This document shows, piece by piece, positions 10,979-20,387 of a stretch of DNA of 64,000 nt. Position 1 is the first letter of the stretch; each line of letters begins with the position of its first letter. The position numbers and the translations under genes were made by a program. This DNA is from Nitrospirota bacterium (GTDB lineage Bacteria; Nitrospirota; Thermodesulfovibrionia; Thermodesulfovibrionales; Dissulfurispiraceae): positions 96,001-160,000 of the forward strand of contig CAVPZX010000003.1 in the NCBI GenBank assembly GCA_963710375.1, written 5' to 3'. The notes beneath the pieces are model-generated. The model searched no databases and was not told the origin of the DNA. It saw nothing but the letters and a program-made list of their open reading frames with translations.

Positions 10979-11008
10979 AGCGCCGCACCTACAGCGAGCG
11001 GCGCTTTT
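10979..11008 (+). terminator. intrinsic terminator
   Basis: AGCGCCGC-loop-GCGGCGCT followed by TTT. Confidence 0.7.
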
Positions 11009-11087
11009 CTATTAATATCCCATCTTGCCCACCCAATGCCGGGAATGCGTGTTTGACTTACCCTATTAGCTCATTTAATATTAATTA

Positions 11088-13847
11088 ATGGATAAGCGTA
11101 TGATGAATATGTTGTCCGCCGACAGAGCTTTACATATCCAGGCAGAGCTTGCTCAAAGGGGTATTTACAAGACTCTGAAACAAGTGTTCATGGAAAACAG
11201 TGCCTTTGCAGGACCCGTGCCTGAAGATTATCCCGGCAAGCTATACGAAGAAATCCTTAGCAGAGTGGATTTGTTCAAGTCCCTGTTGCCTGAAGCACTT
11301 TCGGAGCTTGCTGCTGTGGCAGAGAACGTGATATTGCCGGAAGGTGATATAGTCTACAGGCATTCCGACAAGGGCAGCACGTATTACGTCATTGCACTTG
11401 GCTCTGTGACAGTGCGCAGGTATGGCATTGAAGGTGAGAACGTCACCTTTGCCACACTCGGGCCCTTCGAGGGGTTCGGCGAAGTTGCCTTGTTGACTGA
11501 TCAGCCCCGCACTGCTTCAGTGGAAACGATTGAGAGAACAAGCCTCATACTCATCCCGAAGGATGCCTTTTTAAAGGCGGTCTTCTCCAACCAGACTGCG
11601 GCGAAGACCTGTGCCAGGATATTGGCCGAAAGGCTTTTGAAAGGGAACCATCGCCTGGTGGAAGCATCTTCCGCCAATATGGCATATGTTCAGTTTATTT
11701 CGGAGCAGTTGAAGAGGGACGAGCCAATGCTCATCGGCAACAGCCGGGTCATCCTGAAACTGCTGTCTGAAATTGAGAATATTGCAGGCAACAACAAACC
11801 TGTTTTGGTAACGGGAGAGCCCGGGACCGAAATGTTTGATGTTGCCGGCCTGATAAATGAATTGGGAAAAGACTCTGAAAATCTCTTCATGAGCCTGGAT
11901 GCCAAGACCGTTGCCTTTGCAGAGATCCACGATGTCAACAGGAATGATCCGCTCTTTATCGAGCTGATCCAGTCCGGTATTCTCTTTGGCCGGGGTCATA
12001 ACGCTCTGCCTTTCGCGCCTGACCGGCGCGTCGGCCTTCTTACCATGGCTGGCGGCGGGATGGTTGTCATCGAGGACATCGAATGCCTGGCGCCGCGGGT
12101 CCAGCAGTTGCTCGCGGATTACATGGAAAATGGTTGCTTCCATGCTGTTGGCGAGAAAGATATACTCCATTCGAACGCCAGGATCATCGTTACGTCAAGT
12201 GCCGATCTGACAGCCCTAGCAGCGAGCGGTGGGTTTGACAGGCGATTGAATGGCCTGATTTCGGCCCAGATCATTACAGTACCTCCACTGAGAATGCGGA
12301 AGAAGGACATCGGTCTGATTGTGGATGAACTCATCAAGCGGAGCAACTGGCAGATGGGCAAAAATGTCTCAGGGATTGATGAAGAGGCGTATAAATCGAT
12401 CATGGGCTATGACTGGCCCGGGAATACGGAAGAATTGAGGGTAGTCATTCGGAGGGCTGTCAGTATAGCGGCCGGCGATAAACTCACGGTGGAAGACCTC
12501 TTTATAGGTCCTCCGCCTGTGACCGGGAAGTTCACCTTCAACCTCCTTAATCTTGAGCCTGTAATGAAGGTCTTCCAGAGCAAGCTCTATCCAAAAGCAG
12601 CGCTTTTGATCACTGCCCCTTTTATTGCTTTGATTATCGGCCTTGGACTGTTCGGACCGCAGGACCCTGAACGCAACGCTGCCCTGGTGCTGACATGGGG
12701 TCTTTGGGAACCCCTCCTCATCCTGAGCACCTTCTTCGTGGCCCGGATGTGGTGCAGCGTCTGTCCGGTCCGCGCCCTGAGTAACTTGATACGGCGTTTT
12801 GCAGGCTTGAACCGAGGCGTGCCTTCGTTCATAAGGAATTATGGTTTTTATATAACTGCTGCCGGCATAGCCGCTGTTTTCTGGAGCGAGGCAGCCACAG
12901 GCATGCTAAGCTCTCCAAGGGCAACGGCCATGCTGATACTAGCCATTGTTGTGCTGGCTGCTGTTACCGGTTTTTTGTTCCAAAGAACCGCCTGGTGCCG
13001 ATATCTCTGTCCGCTGGGAGGCATGGTGGGTCTATTATCCCGCTGTTCGATCCTGGAACTTCGTTCTAATTATGAATTATGCAATAACACCTGTACGAAG
13101 CATGACTGCTATACCGGTACCGACCGGCGCGAGGGCTGTCCCATGTTCGAAGGGCCATTTTCGGTAAGATCTAACCAGAACTGCATCATTTGCGGCTCAT
13201 GCATAAAGATATGTCCCAGTCGCGCACCGGTACTAAATTTAAGACTGCCGGGATATGATCTCTGGGCAGCGCCGGCACCTGAAAAAAACTTTGCTGTCCT
13301 GGGTATAGCCCTCATTGGCACTCAACTGTTCCGCGGAATCGGCTATTTAGGGTACGAAGGATTATTAATTGGGAGTGGTACGGGAGCTGCGTGGTTCCGT
13401 ACCTTCCTTGCGATCTCCGGCTCAATTCTCCTGGCGGCTTTATATGCCATACTTGCGGGGCGGGCGGTCTTCGGCAGGGTTGGCTTTTCCGTTGGCAGTT
13501 CAGAGTACAGGATAGTCTATGTCTTAATGCCCCTGGCCTTTGCCTACGAAGTGGGGCTACATCTGGAGAAGCTGATTGATATGGGCGGAAGGCTGCTCCC
13601 TATCCTCGGCAGTCTACTGGGGTTGGCGATGCAACTTCCCAGCGCCGGCGCCTCACCTTTGACAGTGAAGACCCTTCAGGCACTTTTGGTAATTCTCGGG
13701 GCCATGGGCTCTTTGACTATAACCGGTAAGATGCTCCGTGAAAAAAGAGGCGGCGATAAACTGCTGAAGCTGTCTGTCAGGCACTATTGGCCCATACTGG
13801 TACTGGCACTTGTGTATCTGTCGATTTTCTTGCTGGGGGGAGTATAA
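11088..13847 (+). CDS. cNMP-binding / degenerate sigma54-AAA+ / membrane 4Fe-4S fusion protein
   Basis: FGEVALL...PRTASV (cNMP); VPPLRMRKKDI, YDWPGN (AAA+); WCSVCP, WCRYLCP, CIICGSCIKICP (NapH-like Fe-S) with many TMs. Confidence 0.85.
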   Translation: MDKRMMNMLSADRALHIQAELAQRGIYKTLKQVFMENSAFAGPVPEDYPGKLYEEILSRVDLFKSLLPEALSELAAVAENVILPEGDIVYRHSDKGSTYYVIALGSVTVRRYGIEGENVTFATLGPFEGFGEVALLTDQPRTASVETIERTSLILIPKDAFLKAVFSNQTAAKTCARILAERLLKGNHRLVEASSANMAYVQFISEQLKRDEPMLIGNSRVILKLLSEIENIAGNNKPVLVTGEPGTEMFDVAGLINELGKDSENLFMSLDAKTVAFAEIHDVNRNDPLFIELIQSGILFGRGHNALPFAPDRRVGLLTMAGGGMVVIEDIECLAPRVQQLLADYMENGCFHAVGEKDILHSNARIIVTSSADLTALAASGGFDRRLNGLISAQIITVPPLRMRKKDIGLIVDELIKRSNWQMGKNVSGIDEEAYKSIMGYDWPGNTEELRVVIRRAVSIAAGDKLTVEDLFIGPPPVTGKFTFNLLNLEPVMKVFQSKLYPKAALLITAPFIALIIGLGLFGPQDPERNAALVLTWGLWEPLLILSTFFVARMWCSVCPVRALSNLIRRFAGLNRGVPSFIRNYGFYITAAGIAAVFWSEAATGMLSSPRATAMLILAIVVLAAVTGFLFQRTAWCRYLCPLGGMVGLLSRCSILELRSNYELCNNTCTKHDCYTGTDRREGCPMFEGPFSVRSNQNCIICGSCIKICPSRAPVLNLRLPGYDLWAAPAPEKNFAVLGIALIGTQLFRGIGYLGYEGLLIGSGTGAAWFRTFLAISGSILLAALYAILAGRAVFGRVGFSVGSSEYRIVYVLMPLAFAYEVGLHLEKLIDMGGRLLPILGSLLGLAMQLPSAGASPLTVKTLQALLVILGAMGSLTITGKMLREKRGGDKLLKLSVRHYWPILVLALVYLSIFLLGGV

Positions 13848-13892
13848 GAGTGATATTGGCATTCTGACAAAATTCACTCACAACTCCATAGC

Positions 13893-14456
13893 TCAACCGG
13901 GATGTATCCTGGTAAATTTAGCTCCTTTCAGAGACACCCCTCCCATCAGACCCTTCTGGTCGAAAATAAAGCCTGCAATCGGGTGCTGGCTCCGCAGTGT
14001 CTCTACAGAAACGGCTGCACCTGTGTCAATGAGCGTGATCTCAGCGTCTACTCCTGCCTCCCAGTTATCACTTTTACGGAACTTATTCAATACCTCATCT
14101 GTCATGAACAGTACGACCATGTCGTACTTCTCGGCACCGATCTGCCATCCCACCGACCCCTCGGCAAGGCTGTAGTAGTCGACGATCTTGCCGCCAACCA
14201 TAAGCGCGCCCTGGCCGTACTTCCCGCCGATCACGAAACCCGCCTTGGTGATCCCGGGCATGACAAGCACCCCCTTGGCCCCCTTCAGATATGCTGTGCT
14301 GCCTTTCACCCGCTTCTCGAAGTGCTCCATCGCCGCTCTGACGCCGGTTTTTATTTCTCCCTTTGTCTTTGCATATGACACGCCGGAGAGCAAAGACAGC
14401 GAAAGAGTGAAACATAAGGCCAATACCAGAACTCTGAGAACATTACGTATCTTCAT
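13893..14456 (-). CDS. lipid-binding SYLF (Ysc84) domain protein
   Basis: AKGVLVMP..KAGFVIGG.YGQG, GSVGWQIG, KGLMGGVSL.G. Confidence 0.9.
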   Translation of the reverse strand: MKIRNVLRVLVLALCFTLSLSLLSGVSYAKTKGEIKTGVRAAMEHFEKRVKGSTAYLKGAKGVLVMPGITKAGFVIGGKYGQGALMVGGKIVDYYSLAEGSVGWQIGAEKYDMVVLFMTDEVLNKFRKSDNWEAGVDAEITLIDTGAAVSVETLRSQHPIAGFIFDQKGLMGGVSLKGAKFTRIHPG

Positions 14457-14654
14457 ATTTCCCAATCCTCCTCTTTGCAATATACCTCTCTGCGATCATT
14501 TATTACTCCCGGCAAAAACAGTTAAACACCGGTATGCTTCCCTTATCTAAATATAGGATAAATCATGTCCCGTTTAGAGTCAAGGAAATATTTTAATAAT
14601 ATTCTGTTCAGGGTCAAGTTATTTTCTCAGCGGATAGCGAACGATATAGACATA

Positions 14655-15026
14655 TCATTTAGTCAAGGCATACTTTATCGTTATGGAATATGCAGCATCC
14701 GAGCATTCAGGCGCCGAGCAATCATCACAATTTATTTTGCCTTTTAGTGCCGTTTTGCCGGCTCTGACCATCGACCTTATTATTTTGGTAAAATCAAAGC
14801 CGCCTTCGATACAATCGGAACATAGACAGTTTACCCTGAAAATAGCAAAACTATTAGGAGAAAAATTAATTGCCCGTGTCAAAGGTTCCAGTACCCCCGT
14901 TTGAGCATACGTCATGCTGATACCAATATTTACAACTTTGGGGAAGAGTTCAGAAACCAAACCTGCTTCTTCTCTTTGCTGTTTTTTTTCGGCCTTTGCG
15001 GCCATAATTTTCTCCCTGCGACTCAT
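14655..15026 (-). CDS. hypothetical Cys-rich protein
   Basis: GGAGG RBS; CLCSDC and CDDC...C clusters. Confidence 0.6.
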   Translation of the reverse strand: MSRREKIMAAKAEKKQQREEAGLVSELFPKVVNIGISMTYAQTGVLEPLTRAINFSPNSFAIFRVNCLCSDCIEGGFDFTKIIRSMVRAGKTALKGKINCDDCSAPECSDAAYSITIKYALTK

Positions 15027-15253
15027 TTGGCCTCCGTGAAATGGTCCCGAAGACTGACGGGATATTGTTTTCAAGCATTGAAAGAAGAATAACACGGCAG
15101 AAGGAACAATTCAACAAGGAGGCAGGCGGGTCCTCATACTTTCTTAGCTTGTTATGCGACTATTGTATTCACACTGGAGGGTTAGAGTGAATACTCTTTA
15201 TGTTCAATCCTGATGTTAGGTCTGATATACTATGAGAAATTGAAGTATGTGAT

Positions 15254-15688
15254 ATGAATCCTGATGATCCATATGATCTGAAGCGGTTTCTGAGCGCGCA
15301 GGAAGGTATATATGAAAGAGCGCTCGCAGAGCTTACGCGTGGTCAAAAGCGGACTCACTGGATGTGGTATATATTTCCGCAGTTCGATGGATTGGGGTAC
15401 AGTCCAACGGCGAAGCGATACTCAATCAAGAGCATAGAAGAGGCTCGGCAGTACCTTAACCATCCTGTTCTCGGGAAAAGGCTGTTGGAATGCACGGAAG
15501 CGGTGATTGCTCTCAAAGGCGCATCGCTTTCAGAAATCTTTGGTTATCCTGATGATCTGAAGTTTAAGTCATCGATGACTCTGTTTGAAAAGATAGCAGG
15601 CTCTGGTTCTGTGTTTTCGTCCGCCCTTGATAGGTACTGCAATGGAGAGCGAGATGCTACGACGCTCAAACTATTGATGTATGCATAG
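15254..15688 (+). CDS. DUF1810 family protein
   Basis: DLKRFLSAQ, GQKRTHWMWYIFPQ, DDLKFKSSMTLF. Confidence 0.92.
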   Translation: MNPDDPYDLKRFLSAQEGIYERALAELTRGQKRTHWMWYIFPQFDGLGYSPTAKRYSIKSIEEARQYLNHPVLGKRLLECTEAVIALKGASLSEIFGYPDDLKFKSSMTLFEKIAGSGSVFSSALDRYCNGERDATTLKLLMYA

Positions 15689-16676
15689 GGTCGTACGGAT
15701 CGCATCGGTGCTGCTTCTATTGTTTTCTGCAGCGTTTTGCGCGGCATCCTGCAAAACCTATTCAAATCCCGTCCTCGTCGATACGTACCATATCAACCGG
15801 CCGGAACCGGCACGATACTTCGGCACGCTTGGTATAGGCGATCCAGCCGTAGTGCTGTACAAAGATAAATATTATCTCTACCCGACAGGGGACAACCACA
15901 GCTACCATGTCTATTTATCCGATGACCTAGTCCACTGGTCCAGGGGACCGAAGGTGTTTCAGAGCAACGAGAACGGTGTATGGGCGCCTGATGTCTTCTT
16001 CAACCGCGATGACGGCATTTTTTATCTCTACTACACGGTCAACGGCAAGATCGGCGTTGCTGAAGCAGACCGTCCAGTTGGGGAGTTCAAAGACCTGGGG
16101 TATCTGATCAGTAACGCGATAGATGCGCACATGTTCCGCGACGATGACGGCTCATATTTCCTCTATTACGCGCGGTACCCGGACTTCGGGATATTTGTCC
16201 AGCCTATGGCTACCCCTGTCCTGAAGAAGGGTGAACCCATTCGAGTCATCTCTCCTTCCGAGGCCTGGGAAATAACAAATGTGCCTGTTACCGAGGCACC
16301 ATGGCTACTCAAACACCAGGGTGTCTATTACCTCCTATACTCTGGTGGCAGTGCTAATACGGAGCATTACGCCATCGGGTACGCAACGGCACAGGGCCCC
16401 TTAGGTCCTTTTACCAAGTACCCAGGAAATCCTATCATTCGAGAGGGGGGTGGCGTGCTCGGGCCGGGGCATGGGAGTGTCACGAGGGATCGGGAGGGGC
16501 AACTCTGGCTGGTTTATCACCAGCAGAAGGATAAGACACCAGGCTGGAACAGGGTCATCTGTATCGACCCCATCTGGTTCGACGAGAAGGGTGTCCTCCA
16601 TGGGAAAGCCACACGGGCAACGCCACGGCCAGCGCCTGTGACAGCAGAGGAAACCGGGGGAACTGCGCTAAAATAA
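15681..16676 (+). CDS. glycoside hydrolase family 43 lipoprotein
   Basis: GDP, WAPD, IDAH, EAPW, GPGH motifs; lipobox AASC. Confidence 0.9.
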   Translation: MHRVVRIASVLLLLFSAAFCAASCKTYSNPVLVDTYHINRPEPARYFGTLGIGDPAVVLYKDKYYLYPTGDNHSYHVYLSDDLVHWSRGPKVFQSNENGVWAPDVFFNRDDGIFYLYYTVNGKIGVAEADRPVGEFKDLGYLISNAIDAHMFRDDDGSYFLYYARYPDFGIFVQPMATPVLKKGEPIRVISPSEAWEITNVPVTEAPWLLKHQGVYYLLYSGGSANTEHYAIGYATAQGPLGPFTKYPGNPIIREGGGVLGPGHGSVTRDREGQLWLVYHQQKDKTPGWNRVICIDPIWFDEKGVLHGKATRATPRPAPVTAEETGGTALK

Positions 16677-16733
16677 GTGCATCATACCAACTCTGAGCCT
16701 TTTTTTGCTTTGGCATGTGGATTTAAGGTTTTT

Positions 16734-17816
16734 TTACGGTAAAACGGGAACTTTTACTTTGATCTCTTCACCAGTCAATGCCTCGGTAAGAAATGTTTTC
16801 AGCCATCTCTTTTCAGCAGCGCTTAGTCCGAGCGGTTTGACAGCAGTGTTTCCTTCTCCTCCTCCCCTATCGAAAAAACCTATCACCTCGTCAAGTGTAT
16901 CGAATACACCGTTATGCATATAGGGTGCGGTCTTTGAGATTTCACGGAGCGTTGGTGTTCTGAATGCCTTCCAGTCCTTCTTGTCTTTTGTAATAAGATA
17001 CCTGCCTGGGTCCTCCTTAAGGTTCCTATAATCCCCATAATGGTAAACCTTGGCAACGAACCGCATGGTCGCAATAACCATCGGATCGTTCTGCAACTTG
17101 GAATTTTCCGGCACGTGCAGTGCGTGAAACCTGTCGTCATCGAGATTAACGCCGTAGTGACAATCGATACATTTCCCTTTGCCTGTGAATACCTCTATTC
17201 CCTTAAGGGCCTCTTTGGAAAGCGCATCTTTTTTCCCGTTCAGGTAGCTGTCGAGCGGAGCGTTTTTTGAAATGAGGGTCCTTTCAAATGATGCGAGCGC
17301 CATCGCGATTCTCTCTCGCGTGACCTCCCCATTGAAAACTTTGCTGAAGACAGCGACATACCCGGGGACCTGGCGAATGTGCTCCTCAAGGTAGTCAAGG
17401 TTCTTGTTCATTTCGAAGGCTGACATCATAGGAAAAAGCGCCTGGTCTTCAAGAGTTGCCGCCCTGCCGTCAGAAAAGAGCAGCTTTTGGAATGCCACAT
17501 TCATGAGTGTCGGCGAATTCCGCCAGTTTCTCGTTGTGGGATAACTCATCGATATATCCTGACCGTCTGAGAAGGCCAGTTCTGGAATGTGACAGGTGGC
17601 GCAGCTCATCGTGCCGTCACCGGAAAGTCTCCTGTCAAAAAAAAGCGTTTGGCCGAGTACGATTTTCTCAGCAGTCTGGGGATTCTTATCAGGTACTGGA
17701 ACAGACTTGATTGGCTCCAGTTGGCCGGCTTCCGAAGAGAACGACAGGGGGCCAAAAGAGAGCACGATCACAAGCAGCATAAATAGCAGGGGAAAGTGCA
17801 ATCTACCTTTTCGCAT
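16734..17816 (-). CDS. diheme cytochrome c peroxidase / MauG family protein
   Basis: LG..LFFD.RLS, CATCH, CIDCH, RNSPTL, FRTPTLR...TAPYMHNG. Confidence 0.93.
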   Translation of the reverse strand: MRKGRLHFPLLFMLLVIVLSFGPLSFSSEAGQLEPIKSVPVPDKNPQTAEKIVLGQTLFFDRRLSGDGTMSCATCHIPELAFSDGQDISMSYPTTRNWRNSPTLMNVAFQKLLFSDGRAATLEDQALFPMMSAFEMNKNLDYLEEHIRQVPGYVAVFSKVFNGEVTRERIAMALASFERTLISKNAPLDSYLNGKKDALSKEALKGIEVFTGKGKCIDCHYGVNLDDDRFHALHVPENSKLQNDPMVIATMRFVAKVYHYGDYRNLKEDPGRYLITKDKKDWKAFRTPTLREISKTAPYMHNGVFDTLDEVIGFFDRGGGEGNTAVKPLGLSAAEKRWLKTFLTEALTGEEIKVKVPVLP

Positions 17817-18389
17817 TCCCCAGTTCCTCTTCTATTATCTTTTTCAGATACTCATAGGGCCGTTCGCCGATGACTCTTCGGCCGTTGACAAAAAACGTGG
17901 GGGTATTGTATATGTCGAGGTCAACGGCGAGTTTCTTATCTCTTTCGATACTAGCAGCATGTTTCATGGTGTCCAGGGACGCGGTGAAGACCTTGACGTC
18001 AAGCCCGACTCTTTGGCGTAGGTTATGAGGTGTTCCCTGTCAAGCGCCGGAGATCTTTTTATCAGTAAATCGTGCATCTCCCAGTATCTACCCTGATCGC
18101 CTGCATCCAGAGATGCCTCGGCGGCTGTATGAGAAAAATCCCGGTATTTATAGGGATAGTTCTTGATAACAAGCCTGACCTTGCCCTTGAAAGTCTCCAT
18201 GATTTTCTTCACGACCGGACCGGCCGCAACACAATGCGGTCATTGGAAATCAATGAATTCTATGATCGTGACCGGAGCGTTCTTTGGGCCGAACGATGGT
18301 GAATCTTCCAGCGGTACAACGAATCTTTGTTCAGCAAAAGATAAAGAGAAAGATAGCAGAAGAATAATAAACACAACGAGTTTTTTCAT
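17803..18389 (-). CDS. DsbA/DsbG-like selenoprotein (UxxC; TGA at 18240-18242; frameshift near 18010)
   Basis: MKKLVVFII...GPKNAPVTIIEFIDFQ-TGA-PHC...AAEAS...YWEMHDLL; another frame continues GLDVK...NTPTFFVNGR...EEEL; SECIS-like hairpin after the TGA. Confidence 0.88.
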
Positions 18390-18410
18390 GAATAGTTTCC
18401 CCGTTCAAGA

Positions 18411-18451
18411 CACTGCTGCGGGGCAGGGTTGAAAACTGCCCCGCAGCAGTG
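18411..18451. other. 16-bp perfect intergenic hairpin (processing/attenuation or terminator)
   Basis: CACTGCTGCGGGGCAG-9 nt-CTGCCCCGCAGCAGTG between the nrfD-like and dsbA-like genes. Confidence 0.7.
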
Positions 18452-18452
18452 A

Positions 18453-19592
18453 TCAGTGCGTCGTTTCCGCCTGTGGGAAGACCCGCAGGTATTTCACCGC
18501 GACCTTAAAGCTGAAAATAGCCAATGATATAAAAGCAAGGGTCACGACAATCTCCATCCATGAAGGAAAATAGCTGGCCCCTCTTGCACTGGCGTCTCTG
18601 TAAATACCAAAAATCGAGACATTGAGTCTATTCAGAAGCACGCCGGAAATCACCAGGATATTGACAAAGAATATACTTTTGATATTCTCTCTTATGCTTT
18701 TAATCAGGAGCAGGCAGAGCGGAATGACAACCCCGATGCTCATCTCCAAAAGATACATGTTGGCTTCCATGGTGCCGTTAAATGGCGCACTTAACCCGGG
18801 TCCTTTCGCTAATATCCACAGCTTCATAATAAAATATATGATTGTTGCAATCAGCGTGCCTTTTGCGAGACCGGAAAGGATGCCGATGTCCGGAGTGTGT
18901 TTAAATACCCGGATGCTCAAGATAGTTTCGAAGCTTACCATCGAAAGTCCCATCATGACCGCAGAAGTAAGAAAGAGGATCGGCATTTGAGCGCTGTACC
19001 AGAAAGATGACAGTTTTTTCGGCACAATCAGATACACCGCTCCCAGAAAGGACTGATGCAGTATTGAGATCAGCACACCAAAAAGAACTACAGGGACAAT
19101 GATTTTGTTAATGAACTTTGCTGTTTTTTTCATGTTCAGCTTTTCAAAAAACATCGGACTGGCCTCTGTTGCAATGGTTGAAGTGTAGAGGACCACATTG
19201 ATCGCCACAAACCACATGATGGAATGCATCTGCCACATGGTGATTGGATGCCAGACATGCCAGGGCAGGCCGATGTCAAAGGTTATCGTGGTTGCCACCA
19301 GGGCATATCCGAAAAAGGCGTTCAGAATCGCGGCTCTGACAATAGGCTTGTATTTCTTCATGTTTAATATATAGACAGCTCCTGCGATAAGAAATCCTCC
19401 GGCTTCTATGGCTACCCCGCCAAGCACATCAAAACCTATCCAGAGCCCCCAGGGGAACCTGTCATTAAGGTTCGTAACAGCGCCCAGTCCTGCCATGAGC
19501 CTATAGATCAGAATTGCAGCACCCGCAGCCATGATAAGGAGCAAGATCACGGTTGTCGGCGTCCACATTTTTATTTCATGCTCTGATTCCAT
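18453..19592 (-). CDS. NrfD/HybB-type membrane subunit of formate dehydrogenase
   Basis: GLGAVTNLND.FPWGLWIGFD, LHQSFLG, LNRLNV, YFPSW.E; about 10 TMs. Confidence 0.9.
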   Translation of the reverse strand: MESEHEIKMWTPTTVILLLIMAAGAAILIYRLMAGLGAVTNLNDRFPWGLWIGFDVLGGVAIEAGGFLIAGAVYILNMKKYKPIVRAAILNAFFGYALVATTITFDIGLPWHVWHPITMWQMHSIMWFVAINVVLYTSTIATEASPMFFEKLNMKKTAKFINKIIVPVVLFGVLISILHQSFLGAVYLIVPKKLSSFWYSAQMPILFLTSAVMMGLSMVSFETILSIRVFKHTPDIGILSGLAKGTLIATIIYFIMKLWILAKGPGLSAPFNGTMEANMYLLEMSIGVVIPLCLLLIKSIRENIKSIFFVNILVISGVLLNRLNVSIFGIYRDASARGASYFPSWMEIVVTLAFISLAIFSFKVAVKYLRVFPQAETTH

Positions 19593-19594
19593 GT

Positions 19595-20378
19595 CTATTC
19601 CTCCTTATCCATGTTTTTATTACGCCGGGTAATTGCCCAGCTCGATCGCACCGGCAGTCAGAACAACTCCGATCACCGCGGGGATTTTGGTTATAAAAGC
19701 CCAGGTCAGATCGGGAACCGCAGTAGCAGGGATGTTCATGTTGAACCCAAGGGTTTCAAACGGTATCCCGGAAATATAGAGCCAGGAAGTGCCACCTGCC
19801 TCATCCTTCCCGTATATGTGGTTGACATATTTGCCGGGGTTGCCGGCGATTCGCTTGTTCGCCTCATTCAATATATCATCGGTTTCTCCGTATAGCATTG
19901 TATTGGAGGGACAGACCTTTATGCAGGCAGGGACCAGATCTGCCTTGATCCTGTCGGCACAGAACGTGCATTTCCGGATCCAGGGAACGGCTTTTTCCCA
20001 TTCATACTTTGGAATATAGAAAGGACATGCCAGCATGCAATAACGGCAACCGATGCAACGACTAAAGTTATAGGTGACAGGTCCTTCGGGTGTTTTTTTC
20101 AATGCACCAACCGGACAGGCCGAGGCACAGGCTGGATTCTTACAGTGAAGACATTGGTCCTTTACAAAGCTCCAGACCGGCACGCCGTTGGTTTCATGCT
20201 CGACATAGCGTATATTGGTAAAACACTCTGAATTGAGTTCCGGGGGATTTGTAAAATTCCCGTACATCCTGGTTTTCTTTACTGAACGTTCATTCCATTC
20301 CTTGCAGGCGACCTGGCAGCCCCGGCAACCGATGCACCTTGTAAGATCCACAAGCACACTTTTTTGAGGTGTTGTCAT
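19595..20378 (-). CDS. fdnH: formate dehydrogenase 4Fe-4S beta subunit (HybA/FdnH type; frameshift near 19645)
   Basis: CIGCRGCQVACK, CLHC..PAC.SACP, CIGCRYC..ACP, KCTFC..R; C-terminal TM completes as SWAITRRNKNMDKEE* in the shifted frame. Confidence 0.88.
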
Positions 20379-20387
20379 ATCCGCCCC

